Assembly (NCBI GenBank): GCA_002269645.1
Contig: NIVC01001371.1
Span: 62,001 to 126,000 of the forward strand
Length of the DNA: 64,000 nt
Direction: 5' to 3'
From: Macrostomum lignano
Taxonomy: Eukaryota
Each line of letters begins with the position of its first letter. Positions within the stretch are counted from its first letter, which is position 1. Made by a program: the position numbers and the translations under genes. Shown one piece after another: positions 56,110 to 64,000 of this stretch. The notes below the pieces were generated by a model, which saw only the letters and a list, made by a program, of their open reading frames with translations, did no database searches and had not been told where the DNA came from.

Positions 56110-56505
56110 TTTCTCTAGATCTCTAAATATCGCCTCTAGATTTCTTTGAGAAATCGCCTTCTAGATTTCAATGAGGAATTGCCCTCTAGATTTCTATGAG
56201 AAATCGCCCTCTAGATTTCTATGAGGAATTGCCCTCTAGATTTCAATGAGGAATTGCCCTCTAGATTTCAATGAGGAATTGCCCTCTAGATTTCAATGAG
56301 GAATCGCCCTCTAGATTTCTTTGAGAAATCGCCCTTTAGATTTCTATGAGGAATTGCCCTCTAGATTTCTATGAGGAATTGCCCTCTAGATTTCTATGAG
56401 GAATTGCCCTCTAGATTTCAATGAGATATCGCCCTCTAGATTTCTATGAGGAATTGCCCTCTAGATTTCAATGAGATATCGCCCTCTAGATTTCTATGAG
56501 AAATT
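56110..56505. repeat. 25-bp minisatellite (GCCCTCTAGATTTCTATGAGGAATT)n
   Basis: Direct reading. Confidence 0.95.
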
Positions 56506-57337
56506 TGAGAAACACAGCAAATATGAATAATGATAACTTAATTGATTTTTGCTTAAAATTCAGATTCCGATTCGAATCGCCTTGATTGCCTTGACATTGA
56601 TTTTCAATATTTTATTGCTTTACAATCAATAACATACCTGACTTAATTTGATTTTCTGATTTTAAACAGGCGTGTTGCACATTCCACTCGCCCATTCTAC
56701 TTTTAGTAGCACGTCAATGTTGTATTCAGAATTTTACTGTACCAATTAGTTTTGTTAGGGTCTTGATTTTGCAAAATCTTTTCTGGCTAAGAAATTTCTT
56801 TTTAACCAGCGTTTTATTGATTTCTAGTGCTTGGATTAATTCTTTTCAATTTTTATTAGGTCGAATAAATAATTAATACTGCCAGCATGCGATATGGAAA
56901 ATGTCGAGTCTTCCGCATAGAAACTGCTTGTTTGAATATAATTTCATAATTTCATTCATTTAAAATAACAGGTAACTAATAAAATAATTTGAGAGGGGGA
57001 GGGTACAAGTGCAATTTGTCTCAGAAATTTCAACGAGATTCTGTTATGTAACGTGACTAAAACTGCATCAATAGCTAGTCTGTCTGCACAGCTGCCTAAC
57101 ACAGGTGCAAAAATTATGCGATTCATATGGATACATTAAAGCAGCATCAATTAAGTGGATAGGTGGATATTTCTGCATCGCATATCTACAAGAGCTATCT
57201 ATACTAATAATATATTGCACTGTTGAGTAGTCAATTTTTCTCTAACTACGACTAAACTTTGACTGGTTTTGTTTACTAAATAATGGAGCCGCGCTTCTGA
57301 AGCTAATAAGAAAGTAAGGTTAAGGGTGTACGACCTA

Positions 57338-57683
57338 TTTTTTATTAGGGGCAGGGGGCTGCGTGCACCCTGGCGCACTTTAAGCGACATTGTCACAACC
57401 GGCGGGAGGCATTACTGCCGTTCCGCCGACTCCCCTGAGCAGGCACACAAGCGCGCGGATACGTACGCAGTCACACGCACAGGCACACACTCACACAGGA
57501 GTGTACAGCGGCCCTAACTGTATTTATCGTTAGGCATGTACACTTCACTGTGCCTTGGGGGTTGGCCCTCAAGCTGGGCATTAATTGTACGAGCAGAGCC
57601 AGGTCGAGATTCCAATTTAGCCCCAAATTAATGTGACTGCACTTGGTGGCGAGCCTGGGCCGCTGGCACATCAGAGCGCCGCG
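57338..57683 (-). mobile_element. SINE family B copy
   Basis: Reverse complement of copy 1 over ~345 bp. Confidence 0.8.
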
Positions 57684-58520
57684 TTCGGCTACTTAAAAGA
57701 GTATTCGGTTCCCTATCTCTGCAGTGTATTTTTTCAGCCAAAAGGCCTCATATAATTAATTGGCCTAATTTGGTAAACCACAGTTTACAGATGACAAAGG
57801 ACGACCAGATGACAACGGAGAGTGTCATCTCATTGGCTGAGAAAGACTCACTTAGCGTGTAGGAACCAATATATAGTATTTTTTGGCGTCCAATTCAAGA
57901 ACCGCGGTCTCTACTCTACGCTCTTAATTCCTTCGAGTGGGTAGATGTTTTCATGTACTTGTAAACCTTATCAACCTCACTGTTTCGAGTTTGTGTTGTA
58001 TAATCCTTAGGACTTGGACAACGATTCCTTGAATTGGAAGCAAATATAGCATTGTCCAAGCTATTTTAAAGACTTGCTTTTCACTGTCTATGGCTCAAAA
58101 AGGGGGTGGAGCAGCCAATTTGAGAATTTAAGTCCGAAATTAATCCTTCTTTTATTTGCTGAAGCAATGTCTGCAAACAGATGACACACAGATGAAACAA
58201 TCATGTAGTGTGTCTCAAAAGTAAAGCTGGACGGATTTTAGTTCAGAGAATCAGGTCGTACTTTCTGTTGATTATGCTGCAATCGGATTCTGCTCAATCC
58301 GGCGCATCTTGAACTGAAAAATGTTATTGTGTATGGTCCAAGGCTTGCTCAACAAACTGTGGAAAGAATAAATTGCGCACCTCAAATTCTTAAATACGCT
58401 GCTCAATAGACACCGTTGTTGGGCCATAGACAATAGTAATAGTTAATAGCTAATAGCTTGACTCCCCCACTAAGGATTAAACAGCTTGAAAAATGCTATA
58501 AATAAAGTGGCCTCCAACGC

Positions 58521-61500
58521 CTACAACGACGACTGCAGCAGTCCGGCCGCCTGTCCGGCCTGTCTGGCCTGTTCAACGGCGCTCTCGGCCGCCTGTCCGG
58601 CTCTGGCCAGCTGATCGGTCTGGCCCCGGATGATCCGGATGTTCCAAGCAAAATTAGCGGCCGCCTTGCCCGGACTGAGGCAAGGCCGGCAGCCGCCACC
58701 AACGCCACCGCAGCCGCTGCGGCCGCCGCACTCCAATCCGTTGTAGCGGCTCATGCAGGCCGCCTCGTGGACGCCGAGACGGGACAGCAGGCCGGGGCCT
58801 TCCTCAGACAGGCGTCTGGCCTCCGATATCATCTGCGGGGCGGGCGGGGGTTTGGGCTCTTTAATGTGGCTATACCTAGGAATACTTAGTAGCCATGGAT
58901 AACCGAGGGCCGAACCGAGCGCCCTCGGTTCCGAGGGCGCTTTCACGTGCCAGCATCACAGGCTCGCCACCAAGTGCAGTCACATTAATTTGGGGCTAAA
59001 TTGGAATCTCGACCTGGCTCTGCTCGTGCAATTAACGCCTGAGGGCCAACCCCTAAGGCACAGTGAAGTGTACTTGCCCAGGGTTGCTTTCATAAACGCG
59101 AAACTTCATAACCGCGAAACTTCACAACCGCGAAACTTCACAACCGCTAAAAAGACTGTTGTATATGAAAGTAAGTGCAAAAATTTTAGCGGATGTGAAG
59201 TTTCGCGGTTATGAAAGTAGATGACATTTAGCGGTTGTGAAGTTTCTCGTTTGTGAAGTTTCGCGGTTGTGAAGTTTCGCGTTTGTGAAACCCACCCCTT
59301 GCCTAACGATAAATAAAGTTAGGGCCGCTGTACACTGTGTGCCTGTGCGTATGACTGCGTACGTATCCTTGCGCTTGTGTGCCTGCTCAGGGGAGCCGGC
59401 GGAATGGGCAGCAACGCCTCTCGCCGGTTGTGTGACAATGTCGCTTAACAGAATTACTGCCTCTAATAATAGTATATGACCCATGGATACCCTGTGCTTT
59501 ACCCACGAATAAATAGTTTGAATGGGACCCAATGCAAAACTCGGGACTCGATCTGGGTCAGAGAGCTATTAAACTACAATCCAAATAAATGAAAAAATGT
59601 ACATGTTACATCGAATAAATAGTAAGATACTAATATAAGTTGGTGATTGCCCAGAACTTTCTGTTAATTTTATGAAGCGAAATGTTTGCACACATCAACA
59701 AAATCTTTAGTAAGCAATCTTTTCGTCAGTACTCTATCTTCAATAACAACAGGTGCCAAATAATTTCTTAATTGCAATATGAGCTACCCTCGTATAAAAA
59801 ATAGACAGCGCTCTTCACCTGCTCAAAGGCCGCCAGCCCTTTGCTGACCGAGTCAGGCAGACGCGGGCCCGCCGCCTCCAGCGGCTCCAGTCTCGGCCAG
59901 CCTCCGGCCGCCGTCTCCATGCGAAGGCCGGCGCAGCCAGCGAGGCCGCGAACGCAGCGCTTGACTGCGGGACCGCCGCCGCTGCCGCCGCCGCCGCCGG
60001 AGAGGCCGCAGACCTCGCGCAGCCGGTTCAACGCCTGGTCGAAGGTGTCTCGCAGTTGGGCAGCAGCCAGCAGGTCGGCCGCGGCCGCTTTGAACGCCTC
60101 GTCAGCTTCTGGTAGGCCAGTCGGCCTCAGGCGAGGACAGTCGTCGCCGCCTCGACGCTGCTGCTTGGCCGCCTTACCAGTCAGAGGCCGGCTGGTGCTG
60201 CTTATGTGCACGAGCAGACAGCCGCTCGGCAGCGGCTTGCCAGTCTGGCTGAGCAGGCGCACCTGCCGGTAGCCTAAAAATCAATATCAAAATTTGCAAT
60301 TCATTTAGTTCAAGAAAAACTAAGCGTACTTTATCGTATAAACCATCTCAGAACTGCTTCTAGATAAGTTAAGCTTAATTATATTTGCATCGTATTGAAG
60401 GTTAAAAGTATATTGGAGTGTTTTGACGGACCATGTACAACTGAAGTAGAAGGAGGCCTACATTAGATTTTCTTAGAAATGAGCTAGCATTTCCAGAGAA
60501 TTTAGTGTGCTCTAGAGAACGCATAGCGGCTGAATGGAGTAATGCCATAGACAAAATCGGTCGAGAAGAACCCGATTTCTCGAGAACACGGATTCTACAT
60601 GTATTAGATGGGCCCATGGATGAAGGAATACTGAAGGAATAATGGATGAATAGTAATAATGGATTATGGATGAAGGAAGGGCCACTCCAGCCGCCTAATC
60701 GCAGCGCGAAAACCCTGGGGTTTTGACCATAGACTGTTGTCAAGTCACGCCCAGTAAAAAATATGATAGAAGCACATCTTGCGCGTGCAATAATGCCATA
60801 GACACTCATGTGCTAACGTGTACTCGTGGAGCGACACAGCTAGGTAATGTAGAATCTGTGCTCGAGAGCATGCTGAATGCACTACTGCCCCCCCGTGGCA
60901 TCTGCCTCACCTGTCTGCAGGCAGTCCACCGGCACAGTCAGCTGACCGATGAACTCGTCGCCAATCGCGTCATCGTCCAGCACCAGGAAGCGCAGCAGGG
61001 CGAGCTCCGGCAGGCGGACGCGGAACTCGAAGGCCTCGTCGAACACCGGATCGAAGCCGTTGCCGCGCACTGTCCGGGTTCGCTCGGTGGCGCAGTCGCT
61101 GGCCAGACCGAACAGCTCGACCTGCGATTGAGGCAGGAGTGAGCAGTGCGGCTTCTGCTCATTTACTGCCAGGTGTGTCTAATTAATTAGCTGCTTACCC
61201 GTCATCATCATGATCCTCTAGTCATGATCCCCTTCCTACAGTTACTGTCTGTTACACCTTTTACTCTATCATTTGATGGCAGCTGCCTACCTGTAGGTGT
61301 TGTGGCCTGCGCCACAATGACCTTCTCCTCAACCTTTTTTTGGTGCATGCGAACCGCCCGGTCTGCCGCCCTAGCCGATTCTATCTGGTTTGAGCTGGTT
61401 CAGCCCGGTTTTGGTTTTGGGCAGCCGGCGTGTGCGCGGATTGGCTGGCTGGGCCGGCAGACCCTCTCTTTTCTACCCCCCCCCCTCGTGGAGCCTTACC

Positions 61501-64000
61501 CAGCGCGTGTTTTGATTGGCTGGACTAGGGTGGGGTGCTCGCAGGGTTCTGTTTTGTGTGTACTTGCGCTCAGGCCGGTTTGGCCCACTCCCCCATTTTT
61601 TCTGCATACTATTTATTAGCTGGCTTGGCGCCGGCCGGTGGCACGCGCTTGGTTTTCGGTTAGGGCTACACCAGCGACTGAGTAGGAAAACTATTATAAA
61701 AGTACAAAACTGCACGAGCCCAGTGAACTCTCGAACAGCGCACCACCAGCGAATCCGTGCCACCCGCCGTCTCCGAGCTACCAGAACAGTTATTAAAACG
61801 GCGCCACGCCGTATGAGTCGGTTTGACCCCGCCCGGTGAGCTTAAATTACGTTTGTTCAGGTTGCGTTCGCGTTTTTTGGGACTCTCTGCACGTGTCTTC
61901 CCTCCATCCTCGCCGCCTCATCTCTTCACCTACTCACCCCCTTGCTCACCTGCACTCTTCGATTGGCTTGGAGTGTCTGTACGCCCCAGCTAATCCATCA
62001 CCTCGTATCTCTTGATTGGTCCGGAGTGTCTATCCGCTCCGCTGACCGCGGCAGTACCCCGAGCCTTCCGTGACCGAGGAGTGCCTGTGCGCCCCGGGTC
62101 GCATCTCTCCCTCTTCCCCTCGGAGTGGCCATCCGCCTCGAGGAGCGCCAGTCATTCGTCTTCTGTCCATCCCTCCGCCGCGCGCCCGGGGCAGGCCCTG
62201 GCGCATCGATGGCGGCTTCAGCACAAATCCGCAGGCGCCGTTGCGCGAGAAATGGCCCCGGTCCAGGTCCAGGATGCGGCCAGTGGTCTGCCGGTTCAGG
62301 CACACCAGCTGGCAGCCGCAGCACCAGGCGTCGCGCGGGTTCGGGTTGCTCGAATCCACCCTGGCGACGCTGGGTCGCACCTGGAATGATTGGCTTGCTG
62401 ATGCCATTTATGATGCCTTACAGTATAGCGCTAGAAGCAGCAGTGCAGAGCTGTCCTTAACTAATTGCCTTTGTTAGTTAGTTTAGCTTTAGGCACTGGT
62501 GCAAATTAAGGCACACACAGGCACACGCCCTGAGCACACACAGGCACACGCCCTGAGCACACACAGGCACACACCCTGAACACACCCTGAGCGCACACAG
62601 GCACACACCCTGAACACACCCTGAGCGCACACAGGCACACACCCTGAACAGACACAGGCACACACTCTGAGAACACAGTGGCACACACCCTGAGCACACA
62701 CAGGCAAACACTCTGACCACACACATGTACAAACCCTGAGCACACACAGGTACACACTCTGAGCACACAAAGGTACACAGGTACAGTATACAGGTACAGT
62801 ATACAGGTACCCTGAGCACACACAGGTACACACCCTGAGCACACACAGGTACACACCCTGAGCACACACAGGTACACACCCTGAGCACACACAGGTACAC
62901 ACCCTGAGCACACACAGGCATACACCCTGAGCACACACAGGCACAGATGTTCAGCGCCCATAACTTCTCCTTAACCTTGTTCTGACCCAGACTTATTAAG
63001 GATACCGTTTCAAATTATTTTACTAACCTGTACAATTCGTTGCCGGCTGATGGTTGCCAACTCGTCCACATCAGCCTGGGCCATGCGCTGGCTCTGCGAC
63101 TCGCTGATTGGCCAGACAAACGGATGGGTCGGCCCAGATGCTGCGGTCCGATCGACAGGGAGTCGGTGCGAAACGAATCTAACCTTACCGAATCTAAACC
63201 CTACCGAATCTCAACCCTACTGAATCTAAACCCTACCAAGTCTAAACCCAAACGAATCTAAACGCTACCGAATCTAAACCCCTCAAACGAATCTAAACCC
63301 CCTGCTGAATCTAAACCCTACCGAATCTAAACCCCTCAAACGAATCTAAACCCCCTGCCGAATCTAAAACCTACCGAATCTAAACCCCACTGAATCTAAA
63401 CCCTACCGAATCTAAACCCTACCCAACTAAACCTTACCGACACTAAACCCTGAAGCTATTTGTTACATTGAACAGCACAATCGCTCACCGCTAGTTGGCA
63501 GGTGAGCATCGAACTCCAGACGGCTAACTTCTGGCAAGGTGATCAGATCGGATAGCTCCCTGCTGAGCCTGATTTTCCGACCGTGACCGACCTAGCAAAA
63601 TTTATTTGCATCGATTTAGTTGAGATCCCGAAAATTATAGTTCAAATTGCCCAAGTATAGTTGTTGGGGCGCCAAGGTGTGGGTGTTGGGCGCCAAAGCA
63701 TGGGCACTGCTCACCGGGAACTCACCCGCTTCTTTGTCTGGTCCCTCCGTACGTCAATTCTCTCATCGTCCTCGCTGATGTAGCCATAGCCATTACTTTC
63801 CTCTCCGCTGTTGCCGCCCCCGTTTTCACCCGTTGCCATAGGCAACGCGCGGCCCTTAATGAGGACTCGGCCGCGCAGGCCGCTAGGGCTGGCAAAGGCG
63901 CCACTTGCCCGAGCCGGCAGCAGGCAGTCGCCCAGCTGATCGCGAAGGTGCTGAGCGAGCGCGGATTGTTGGGCCAGACCGCAGTGAGTCTCCAAGCCGA
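58521..64000 (-). CDS. PLCL1/2: Phospholipase C-like protein (PLCL/PRIP type), 3' part; 5' exons lie beyond the window
   Basis: Exons 63726-64000+, 63489-63591, 63028-63140, ~62050-62380 (donor unresolved), 60911-61121, 59819-60273, 58521-58832. X-box end ETHC..QQ..LGD..SPSGLRGRVLIKG; Y-box IRLSRELSDLI and RVDSSNPNP..W.CGCQLV; C2 FDEAFEFRV.LPELALLRFLVLDDDAIGDEFIGQ; PLCL-type tail LREVCGL and NFAWNIRIIRGQ. Confidence 0.9.
58945..59470 (+). mobile_element. SINE family B copy interrupted by a MITE
   Basis: SINE sequence stops at GTGTACTTGCC (~59077) and resumes at TTGCCTAACGATAAATAAAG (~59299). Confidence 0.78.
59078..59298. mobile_element. ~220-bp MITE with long imperfect inverted repeats made of CGCGAAACTTCACAAC units
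   Basis: Left end GGGTTGCTTTCATAAACGCGAAACTTCA mirrors right end TGAAGTTTCGCGTTTGTGAAACCCACCC. Flanked by a duplicated (C)TTGCC that is single in the other SINE copies. Confidence 0.75.
62510..62950. repeat. 23-bp minisatellite (CCCTGAGCACACACAGGTACACA)n in a PLCL intron
   Basis: Direct reading. Confidence 0.94.
63175..63450. repeat. ~16-20-bp minisatellite (CCGAATCTAAACCCTA)n in a PLCL intron
   Basis: Direct reading. Shares CCGAATCT with the 30955 array. Confidence 0.9.

Noticed and set aside
58919-58940. Perfect 10-bp hairpin GCGCCCTCGG-TT-CCGAGGGCGC
   Set aside because: Isolated, at the junction of a SINE copy within an intron; no evidence of function.
63175-63450. Telomere-like CCCTAAA motifs (also TTAGGG near 20232)
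   Set aside because: Embedded in longer minisatellite units or isolated; not tandem telomeric arrays.

Overview
Eukaryotic genomic DNA: GC-rich exons, GT-AG introns, and introns packed with unrelated minisatellite arrays. The style resembles the free-living flatworm Macrostomum, but that is an inference I cannot verify. I assembled six protein-coding genes by hand from splice signals and reading phase. (1) A ~21-exon, ~1,900-aa TRPM2-like channel (- strand, 35626->318) with N-terminal ankyrin repeats, SLOG/MHR region, six-TM pore, TRP box, coiled coil and a NUDT9-H domain whose Nudix box is degenerate. (2) An intronless FkbM-family methyltransferase with a membrane anchor, nested on the same strand in the channel's 12-kb intron. 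(3) SSR2/TRAP-beta. (4) A TUT4/7 terminal uridylyltransferase, head-to-head with SSR2. (5) An unrecognised single-pass membrane protein. (6) The 3' part of a PLCL/PRIP-type inactive phospholipase C. Non-coding DNA holds two tRNA-SINE families, an hAT MITE, a MITE nested in a SINE, an RTE-type LINE fragment, Helitron-like ends next to minisatellites, and ~30 tandem arrays. The best leads are the ankyrin-TRPM-pseudoNudix architecture, the nested methyltransferase, unpaired splice acceptors in frame with a possible spliced-leader AUG, minisatellites built from splice sites, and inverted minisatellites flanking the ankyrin exons. No CRISPR, rRNA or true tRNA was found.
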